In this document: in pieces, positions 54,709 through 64,000 of the stretch
How the letters are laid out: each line of letters opens with the position of its first letter
Numbering within the stretch: position 1 is the stretch's first letter
Origin: Eledone cirrhosa
Taxonomy: Eukaryota
NCBI GenBank assembly: GCA_964016885.1
Contig: OZ024741.1
Location: 240,684,001-240,748,000 of the forward strand
Direction of reading: 5' to 3'
Length of the DNA stretch: 64,000 nt
Translations under genes and position numbers: made by a program
Notes under the pieces: generated by a model
The model's input: the letters and a program-made list of their open reading frames with translations, nothing else
Databases searched by the model: none
Told to the model about the DNA's origin: nothing

Positions 54709-54872
54709 AAACAGGTAGAGTCATTACAATGTTGGATAGAATGTGTTTTGTGTTATTTCTTCTGACTCTCAACACTCCTGCTGAGTTCAAATCTTGCTGA
54801 GGTCAATGTTACCTATCATGATTCCAGAGTTGAGAAATAAAATACAAACCTAAGCCCAGAACTAGGGTCAAT
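54709..54872 (+). mobile_element. Old family-A SINE abutting the satellite right edge
   Basis: ggtagagtcattacaatgttggatagaatg...ctgagttcaaatcttgctgaggtcaatgttacctatcat matches the family-A head, B box and core. Confidence 0.7.
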
Positions 54873-55056
54873 TTTCTCTCTCTCCGCTTTTTTTCATGCT
54901 TCTCTCTCTTTCTACACACCTCTTTCTCACTCTTTTGCTTATCTCTTTTGCCTCTATCTTTCAAGCTTCTTTCCTCCCTCTCTCTCTTGTCTCTTTCTTC
55001 CCCCTCTTTCTCTTGTCTCTTTCTTCCCCCTCTCTCTATTGCTCCCTCCCTCTCTG
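54873..55056. repeat. Pyrimidine-rich (CT) low-complexity tract
   Basis: Almost entirely C/T on the plus strand. Confidence 0.85.
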
Positions 55057-55402
55057 TGTGGATGAAATTAACTGTTGTTAATTGTTAACAGAATCTGTTT
55101 CGATCCCTGCCATCAAGTTTTGAAATGTTCTAGAAAAAACGTATCTCATGATGCCGCCTGTCAGATTTCATAAGGAGTTGGGGGCCCAAGAAAGAAATGG
55201 CTTTTTCTTTTTCCGCATGGTGGGGTGTGATATGAGGGTGATTTTGTTGCTTTTTTATATCATAGAAGCTTTATTAAGCTATAGTATCACTGTATATTTT
55301 ACAGAAAGATTGAAAGAGGAAGAGAGAGAATGAAAGATAGATAGATAAAGTATATTGCAGGGGCTTATCCCCCACCCCACCACATACCCACTGCTGCTTC
55401 TA

Positions 55403-55548
55403 ATGCTGGTACTCATTTTTAGATGATTGAACTGGTGTAATGTGAAATGAAATGCCATGCTTGCTCAAGAACATAATGTACCAGGTGGTCTGGGAATTGA
55501 ACCAATGACCTTACAGTTGTAAACCATACACCCAAAGTGTTAGCTACA
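55403..55548 (-). mobile_element. tRNA-derived SINE family C (CORE-like)
   Basis: Minus: B box ggttcaattccc, then gttcttgagcaag...ttcatttcacatt...aatgagtaccagc. Confidence 0.6.
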
Positions 55549-55944
55549 TCTGTCAACTATGTATTAATATGAACTAAATTTTGTATTACAATCTGTTGGG
55601 TTTATCCAAGTTCCTACTCAGCCAAAAGAGAGAAACCTATAAAATATAGATTCCTTTTTTTTTTTAAATAATTCTTTTCATCATCATCATCATCACTTTT
55701 TATTTGCTCCAGATAATTTAGTGCTTTATTTCAAGGAGTTCACTTAAGCAATCAATTGTGGAACCTGTCCTAATATATGGCTCAGGATGTTGGTGAGTGG
55801 GCCCATCACCAAGGGGAAGAACTGGATAGCACTGTCCCCCTTTCCCCCTTTTCAATGGTGTATCCTCAGATTTAGAAAACAGAGTTTATAAAAATCACCA
55901 AAAAATAGACTCCTTGAAAAAGAATGTCTGCCCAGAATGTTTTG

Positions 55945-56240
55945 AATGCAAGGATTAGATAGGTTGCCAAGTATTGATGCTAGACTGGCCAAGTCTAGCA
56001 TGTGCTTTTTATCATGGCACCGGCACTGCCAAGTTACTGGGTAAACTACATGTTTTTTTATCATAGAACCAGCACTACCACCTTACAGGGTGGACTGCAT
56101 GCTTTTTACCATAGAACCAGCACTACCAACTTATAGAGGATGGACTGTGTTTTTTTTATCATGACACCAGCACTACCACCTTATTGATAGTGGACCAGCA
56201 AGGCTATTTTACTGGGTGGACTGGTTGTTATTTAATGTGG
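55945..56240 (-). mobile_element. Family B copy with amplified internal ~50-bp repeats
   Basis: 4-5 units of ttttatcat.g.accagcactaccacctta...ggtggactg. Confidence 0.65.
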
Positions 56241-56869
56241 CACTAGAGCGCTCTGTGTCTTTCATTCATGAGGGATTGATAGGAGTGGAAAGGAGATTGG
56301 AAGTGGGGAGGGCACACAAAATTAAAAAAACAATCCATTCTTCCACAATTGCTTGAGTAAGATGTTTTTTTCTTTTCTTGTTGCAGCAATTAATGTTTAT
56401 AGCAGAACATTCTTCCTGCCCCTCATTACTCAATAGTGTCTTGCCACTGATCATACAATATATTTATGTTTTGTTGATTGAAGAATTTACTAAGTAAGAT
56501 TTGATCTTTCAACCATGTAGTCTGTAGTTCAGCACCTTAACCTCCCTGCCACTTACTATGCCTGATAACATAAAGTATTTAGTATTGTTCCACTAAATTC
56601 TGAGCTCAAAATTTATCAGGACTGATTTAGAAAACAGAGTTTATAAAAAACATCTTGAAATATGTTTCTTGCAAAAGAATGTTTGTCCAGAATATTTTGG
56701 ATGCTCCACTGAGCACCAAAGTCTAGCAACAGGCTCTGTTGGTAAATATGAGGTATGTTCAATAAGTAATAAGAACATTTCAGGAGTGACATTATATATT
56801 GTTATAAGCTTACAAAACTTTGTTACTTTCAAAATATAGACATCTCACATCTACACACTTGTGCAAGCA

Positions 56870-57395
56870 TCTTCCCTACTCCTGGAAGACCCCATTCTCA
56901 GTCCATCTTCTGCAGTCCCATCAGGAAATTTTCTGACATCTTCTTCAGTTCCTATGTTGACTTGAATCTGAATCTTCTGAAGCTGTCTTTCATGTGGAGG
57001 AAAAGGAAGAAGTCACAATGAGCCAGTACGAGGCTGTAGGGTGGATGTTGTACCACTTTCATCCCTGTTGGTTATCCATGTGGTCACCAGCATTGACTTG
57101 TGGCATGAGTCATTGTCCTGGTGGAACCACCACTCTCCACTTCTGTGACCTCTTCTTTCTCATCCCCTTCTTGGACCTTTTCAGAACTTCAATGTAAAAA
57201 AGAACTCTTTATTGATAATTTGGCCCCCAGGAACCCATTCACAGTGAATTAGTTCCTGGTAGTTAAAGAAAGGAATGACCATGGCCTTCTCTTGTGGTCT
57301 TCTCATCTTTGCTTTTTTGGGGTCTAGGGGAGGACACATGCTTCCACTGGGCACTCTAACTCTCAGGATCACAGGTGAATACCCAACTACCATTG
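56870..57395 (-). pseudogene. Mariner (DD34D-type) transposase remnant
   Basis: Minus: GSWVFTCDPES..SAQWKHVSSPRP / KAMVIPFFNYQELIHCEWVPGGQIINKEF / WFHQDNDSCH / HPPYSLVLAHCDFFLF; the second and third catalytic D codons are 103 nt apart (105 expected for D34D), consistent with a frameshift. Confidence 0.92.
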
Positions 57396-57675
57396 TAAGT
57401 TACTATTCATAGGAGATATGAATAAGATTAATGTTCCTTCCAATAGGTACCTGAGAAGAATCTGTTGCAACTTCTGACCCAACAAAGTACCAAATGAGGG
57501 TCAATACAGCATGATTGGTTGCAATACTGTATGTATATATGTATGTATATGTCAGGTCACGCTTCAGTGCTACTGGTAACATGTAACCCAGTACAAACTG
57601 TGCAAAATTGGGTTGTCGATTACTAACGCCAAAACTACACCTGATGTGCCCCTTCCATGCACATGCACACGTGTG

Positions 57676-57926
57676 TATCATGACTCGTGCACTGTTCATT
57701 TTACTGATGTTTGTGCATTGCCCTATGTACTGTACATGCACTTTTTTGATGAGTTGTGGTGCACCTGGGCACTGTACACAATATTTCATTATTGTTATTG
57801 TTATTATATCATGACTCGTACACTGTTCATTTTCCTGACATTTGTACATTATTCTATGTACTATACATGCACCTTTGATGAGTTGTAGTGCACCTGAGCA
57901 CTGTACACAATAATTTCATTATTATT
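57676..57926 (+). repeat. Tandemly duplicated (131-bp period) retroposon 3' end with (att)n tail
   Basis: tatcatgactcgt.cactgttcatttt...cactgtacacaat..tttcattatt at 57676 and 57807; third homologue at 3553. Confidence 0.8.
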
Positions 57927-59463
57927 AAAGCGGCAACACCACCAAGCTTGCTTGGTGAGGAGGATGATTTGGATTCCCTGTGGGATGAAGAACAAGGCCG
58001 TCAAAGGGTGGAAGAACTCAGGAAAGTCAACGGCCATCCAATAAAGATATTTTTTTCTTGTGGGGTGAGAGACTCCTAGTCTTCATCAAGACATCTCTCT
58101 AGAAAGTCACTGATATAAAACCTGTGACTTCGTTTGCATCAATGATGTAGACCAGTTCTTTTTGGGCAAATGGATTTGATGTTCAGAGAGTGGGATTGGC
58201 TCCGTGCAAAGCCTTTCCTCACTTAAAAAAGCTTCAATCACAGGCTTTGCTTGATATGTGACATTTTTTGTGATGCATGATGCATGGTATTGCTGTCCAT
58301 AGGCAAGTCCCTAGCAGAACTAAAAAGCCACATCCAAGATATTCATGCTTAATATCAAGCAATGGCATTATTTGAAATCGAGTTGCAGCCATCATGTATG
58401 TATATGTGTGTGTGTGTTACACATCATCAGTTCTAGTAGATAGTAAATGTTTAAAATGGAAAATTAAGATTAAAATCAGAAACATTATTCTCATGTAATC
58501 AGAAAAATTTTGACAGATTTTATTGTATATAAATAGTATAACAAGTGGAACTTTGTTTGAATTTAAAATGTCTGTCTTATATATTACAGTAGATTGGACA
58601 AAATGATGGTTGGTGGGGGGAAATATTACTGTTTAAAATTGGTGTTTCAATAAAATCATTAAAAAATGTTTTTTTTTCTTCTGTTCTGAAAGTTGCGCAG
58701 TCTTTAGTAAATGGAGGTACCTTTGATGTAAGTTTTAACACAGCTTACATATTGGTATAAGAAAGCTGGGCTTTTAAAATTTCTGAAGGTTTTCCATTTT
58801 CACAAGATAATATGGTCACATTTAAATAAAATACCCCAAATATTTAGTGATAAACAACCATTAAATCATAAATTGTATACCTCCTTCATTTTATTCTATT
58901 TTATGTTTTATTTTAATTTTTAAATATCTTTTTGTATGGACATTAATGAGTTAATGATTAAAAATGTTTAATATTGACAAATTGAGCTGACATCAAATCA
59001 TTTGAGAATGCAAAACATTTTTTTTCTTCTGGATTAATTCTGTAATAGTAACAAGGGAGTGGGAGCAATGGTAGGGTGGGAGCAGAGGAGATAATATTTA
59101 TAGAAAGAAAAAAAAAATCAAAGTTTGATTTTTAAAATGGAAGATTAAGAATTGTTATAAAGAGGTGTTAAAATGATGGGGAAGAATTTAGAAAAAAACT
59201 ACAATATCAGAAGAAGCAACTGTAGAAAAGAGAGCAAATAAAGAATTTAAAGAAGAAAAACAAAGAACAAACAAACAAACAACAACCTTAAACGAACAGT
59301 CTTCAATATTTTCCTGATAATTTGAAGAGACAAACAAAAATATTTCAGAGTTATCTAATGGTCTCACAATTTAGTTTCCTATTTCATTGATTACAAACAT
59401 TAAATATGATTGTATAAATATAACCAAACACTCAGACTTTATCATGGATACTCAATGAAAATC

Positions 59464-59485
59464 ATGGGCTCTTGCTGCTATCCAG
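59464..59485 (+). CDS. Candidate first coding exon MGSCCYP (phase-1 donor)
   Basis: aaaatcATGG start context, then cag|gtaagg consensus donor at 59486; no downstream exon identified. Confidence 0.25.
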
Positions 59486-59514
59486 GTAAGGAACACAAAT
59501 ATTTGTATTAGATT

Positions 59515-60032
59515 AAATGTATGTATGTGTGTGTATGTATGTATTGCGTGTATGTATTGTGTGTGTGTGTGTATACTTTATAAACATGGATGTGTAGCCA
59601 TTTAAACAAAAAGTGAATGATTATATTTTGATATTTGAGTGTGTGTGTATAAATATGTGTATGTATATGTATGGATTGCATATGTGTATATATGAATATG
59701 TATGGATGGTTGTGTATGTGTATATTATATATACTTTTATTTTGATGAGTGTGTGTGTGCATACTGTCTCAAGCAGGTTTATAAATACACAGTTTTATTT
59801 GCTGTACGTTTATATACAAATAAATATGGTTGTAAATACACATAAATGATTTTAAAAGGGTATATGTATGTGTGTATGCGTTCATATACATACATGTATA
59901 TGTGTGTGTGTGTATGTGAGTGAATATGTGTGCGTGTGCATGTACAAAATGTTTATATACATACATAAATGTGTGTTTATTCAGTGTTTGTATATGTGTG
60001 TAAGTGTATGTACAAAATGTTAGCATGTGTAA
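59515..60032. repeat. TG/TA-rich low-complexity region
   Basis: Degenerate (tgta)n/(tg)n. Confidence 0.85.
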
Positions 60033-60073
60033 ACACAAAGTTTGATTGATTGTTGTCTGAAAATGTTAGTGAC

Positions 60074-60172
60074 CAGTCCTGCTGTACTCCACAGACCACT
60101 CAATGCTGTACTCAACTGGTCAGTCTGGCTGTACTCCACTGGTCAGTCACTAGTGTACTCCACAAATCAGTG
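60074..60172. repeat. Short ~24-bp tandem repeat, 4 copies
   Basis: Recurring tgtactc(c/a)ac...cagt. Confidence 0.7.
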
Positions 60173-60316
60173 AATATGTGTAGTTATCACAAGAAAGGTT
60201 TCATATATGAGTCTTGATGTTGCTTCTTATCACTGGAACCTGGTGTGGGGCGTTTGAAATCGTAGAGTGCTGTAATGAAACAAAGAATTTTTATTAGTAT
60301 TATTATGACCATTATT

Positions 60317-61012
60317 AGGGCGGTAGATTGGCATAATCGGTAGAGCGTTGGACATTATGCTTTGCAGCATAGTTATGTCCCTTTACATTCTGAATTCAAA
60401 TCCCGCCGAGGTTAACTTTGCCTTTCATCCTTTCATCCTTTCATCCTTGATAAAATAAAGTACCAGTCACGCACTGGGGTCGATTTAATCGACTTTCCCC
60501 AGAAAATGCTGGTCTTGTGCTTATATTAGAAACTATTATTATGATCTTTATGGAGGCATTGAATTGGCAAAATCGGTAAAGCGTTGGACAACATGCTTTG
60601 CAGTATAGAGTTATGTCCCTTTACATTCTGAGTTCAAATCCTGCCGAGGTTTTGATAAGGGTCGATAAAATAAAGTTTCAGTAACACACTGGGGTTGTTT
60701 TAATAAACTTTCCTCTTCCTTCAAATTTACTGGCCTTATGCCAAATATAGAAACAATTATTATTTTTATGGTTGTAAATGTTATAATTATTATCTTCATT
60801 AGAGCAGTAGACTTGCAGTGTCGGTAGAGCATCGGATAAAATGCTTGGCAGCATTTTCTTATGATTTTCTACATTCTGATTTCAAATCCTGCTGCAGTCA
60901 ACTTAATCTTTTATCCTACCTGTGGTGATAAAGTAACAGTTACATATTGCAGTTGATAAAATCTATATTCTCTTTCCCCCCAAATTGCTGACCTTGTGCT
61001 AATCTTAGAAAG
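60317..61012 (+). mobile_element. Three head-to-tail family-A SINEs
   Basis: Copies at ~60317-60540, 60555-60765 and 60801-61012, each with ttcaaatcc B box and cttgtgc/cttatgc tail; the first has a triplicated cctttcat. Confidence 0.88.
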
Positions 61013-61354
61013 AAAGAATTACTATTATCTTTAATATTCGTGGTTTGAGAAACATTCATAATATATTTCATTTCTTAAAATAAGAATAAGGTACCATGTA
61101 TACTAGAATATAAGTCTCACCTTCCCCCCACGAAAATAACTGAAAAACCAGCATACCACTTATATACGAGTACTGTACTTACAAAACTTTAATTCAAAAT
61201 ATTTGGTACCTTATAAATGTTTTATGTAAAATGGAGGTGCCATTTATCCAAAATAAACACATGCTTAGAACATCAAGAGAAGAGGAACACCATTTTATTC
61301 AAATTCATTGTATTTGTTATTCATCCCCAATTTATATATATGTGTGTATGTATA

Positions 61355-61392
<38 letters not shown>

Positions 61393-61398
61393 CATTCA

Positions 61399-61544
61399 TA
61401 CAGGGTCTCCCCCCAAAATATATACACACTTGAACAGCATTCTAATAAATATTGTATCATCATCATCATCGTCGTTTAACGTCTATCTTCCACGCTAGCA
61501 TTGGTTTAGTACATGTAAATTATGTATACATTCTTTGGGACAAA

Positions 61545-61593
<49 letters not shown>

Positions 61594-61623
61594 GTTTGTC
61601 CCAAAGAATGTATACACACTTTG
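61399..61623. mobile_element. Tc1/mariner-type MITE termini in TA repeats
   Basis: TA|CAG-starting ends at 61399 (tacagggtctccccccaaaatatatacacact) and 61590 (tacagtttgtcccaaagaatgtatacacact); 61523-61549 is the exact reverse complement of 61590-61616. Confidence 0.7.
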
Positions 61624-62565
61624 ATTACATGTATATATATATATGTGTGTGTGTGTGTATATATATATATACACACACACATACACATTCATATATATAT
61701 ATATATACATTTCTTCTATATACTGTACCGGTTGTTATTTCTATTTACCTTTTACTACTTACTGTATTTGTGGGAGTGTCTGAGCATAAGTGTGTTGTTG
61801 TTATTGTTGTTATGGTTCACATAGGGTTAGTCGACATTTTATGAGACTCTATCTTATTGGAAGTCTCTCATCTGTGTCCCCATTGCTACGATTGTACCCG
61901 TATGAATGTGTATTTTACACCAGAGTAAAACTGTATAGAAGTGCACCCTTTATATCGTAAGATAACCGAGTCATTCGATAGAGATCAGTGAAAAAGAAAA
62001 TATTAGGGTTTAGTTTGACAGATGTTGGTGTCCCCTAGGCATTTTCAAGCAATGGTATTGTTTAAAAATCGCAAACAAAATCTTCTTTGAATTGCTTTCT
62101 TTTTCATGATTTATGAAGATGTAAACACCAAAGGAAACAATATTATCGTTACGAGAAATCTTTAGAAACATAACAGGTAGAGCTGGAGTTGCCTCCCTTA
62201 AAAGTTAATGCAAAATATCATCGAGTGACTTTTTTTTAATACTACAGTTTGTGAACGAAGTGCTGTGCACCGGGATCGACATAGAACCACATGGTTACAA
62301 ATAGAACTTCTTAACTACTCAATCATGCATATATTTGTGAATATAACTTCGTTGTTTAATGTTAGAATCAGCTACATAGTTGTCTATTTATTGTCTGGAC
62401 AGTGTCATATCGAGATAAATTTAATTGGTAATCTGCCTCACATGAAACACACACATACAAACACACAAACACACACATGCACATAGATATACAGGGTCTT
62501 TGTATTCATTAGGGCCTCATTATTTTCATTAGATTTCGGTCTCATGACTTTTAGTGTATAAATAA

Positions 62566-62603
<38 letters not shown>

Positions 62604-62749
62604 TAAAACATGTCTATAGAATCACAAGATAAAATATATACTATTTCCTATATATATATATATATATAAAGGATAGAACCACTTTAAAACTAGTTAGATA
62701 ATTACTTAATAGAGAACTCTATACATGGGCTGTAAAGTATGGCTATATT

Positions 62750-62959
62750 AGAAAGAGTCGGCCTCGATTGTTGAGCTCTTGGCGTTTCAACAGCTGAGTC
62801 CAGAACTAGCTATTGAAATGGCAAGAGGTCAGCTGTCATGTCCCGACTCTTTCTTATATATATATATATATGAACATGTTTAACCCCATTTTCCTATTAC
62901 CCACTTTTGAGTACTCTGGAGCGTTATGGTCCATCTGGTTCCTTACCACACTTCCTTCG

Positions 62960-62960
<1 letters not shown>
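62750..62960 (+). mobile_element. Palindromic (TA)n-embedded element, copy 3
   Basis: agaaagagtcgg...ccgactctttct imperfect palindrome at 62750-62854; tail ttcctattacccact...gttatggtcca.ctggttcc.taccaca.ttccttcgt matches 218-300. Confidence 0.75.
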
Positions 62961-62994
<34 letters not shown>

Positions 62995-62998
<4 letters not shown>

Positions 62999-63184
62999 AA
63001 AAGAGTTAGGACCCTGATGGCTGAGCTCTGACCGTTTTAACAGCTAGATCCAAACCGTTCGGATTTAGCTGTCAAAACGGCAGGAGCTGAGCTATTGGGG
63101 TCCTGACTCTTTTCCTAATACCCACTCTACTACCCTAGGTATTGAGTCTTATGGTCCACCTGGTATCTTACCATACCCTCATGT
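62995..63184 (+). mobile_element. Palindromic (TA)n-embedded element, copy 2
   Basis: taggaaaagagttaggacc...ggtcctgactcttttccta palindrome at 62995-63117 plus tail tacccactctactacc...ttatggtccacctggt. Confidence 0.8.
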
Positions 63185-63237
<53 letters not shown>

Positions 63238-64000
63238 TGACATTGCTCAGTAAATAGATGGATCAATGGATAATTTCTTGGAAAATATCAATTGTAACTT
63301 TGCATAAATATGTTATTTGAAACACATATTCAGTGTGTGTTTGTTCTTGCTTTTGTTCCATCATGTAGTAGTTCAGCAAATAGAGAGCGACAATAAGTAA
63401 TATATTGGAATAAATACTAGCATCAATATGATCGCTGAAATTCTTTAACACTTTGACCCGGTATGACTGCAAACCAGTTGAATAACTGGAATCAAATCAT
63501 TGAAAGATCAGATTCATTTTTATTGTTATGGTTCATTTGCTTTGTTGTGTGTGTATACAACTAAAATATCACTGCATTTCACCTCCCTTAAACATGACCA
63601 GAACACAATTAAAGTCTCCATATTTGCTTCAAATGCTAGGCTTCATTCTTAGTAAGGGTCTCTCATGATAAACACACATCTAACCATAGATAGAACTGCA
63701 TCTAACAGACTAGTCCCAACTTCTGACCTTTTACAATGTACAGGTAAAACTCATAATAGAGAGGTAAAAGACCACTTGTCTGATTGGCATGAAGTCACTG
63801 ACAGAAACTCTGCAGCTTCTGGTTCATATTTCTACTACTACTGTGGCATCTGTTGCTTGGTACTGGCTCACCTTATTCTACCTTTTCTCAGGAACTGGTG
63901 CCTCACTTGTTACTCTCCTTCTTATCACCCATATTATGTCCAACTCCCCATGCCCTACAATAGCCACAATGCCTAAATCTTCTTACCAGAATGACATCTC

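Noticed and set aside
58415-58440. Another CTGATGA (minus strand) as a hammerhead
   Set aside because: No downstream GAAA or supporting stems.
63012-63022. cctgatgg in palindrome copy 2 as the missing hammerhead core
   Set aside because: It aligns to cccgacag of copy 1 by transitions and lacks the final A; probably coincidental.
63665-63976. 103-aa ORF near the window end
   Set aside because: No recognisable motif or splice support; compatible with chance.

Overview
Gene-poor, repeat-saturated, AT-rich animal DNA. The SINE types and (TA)n/(CA)n/(GAT)n load point to an octopus-like cephalopod (inferred from recalled repeat families, not verified). About 55% of the window (19272-54708) is one homogeneous 47/48-bp satellite with nested higher-order repeats (474, 569, 1779, 2067, 3375 and about 9.8 kb) that appears to have grown from a short junction between two SINE remnants. 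Left of it lie a 52-bp minisatellite (208-bp higher-order unit, several perfect DR1 AGGTCAnAGGTCA sites) and a ~5-kb GGT/GAT-derived 30-bp minisatellite running out of an RTE LINE tail. The flanks hold decayed transposons (R4/Dong-type and a second RLE LINE, Tx1-like, RTE, mariner, MITE ends) and at least three SINE families. No intact gene is supported; nearly all listed ORFs are repeat artefacts, and one possible first coding exon (MGSCCYP|gtaag) is noted. The most interesting signal is a set of small (TA)n-embedded elements: two carry complete type I hammerhead ribozyme folds (893-957 +, 1977-2027 -), and a three-copy family has long self-matched palindromes carrying only the 3' half of a hammerhead, suggesting Penelope-like fold-back retroelements.
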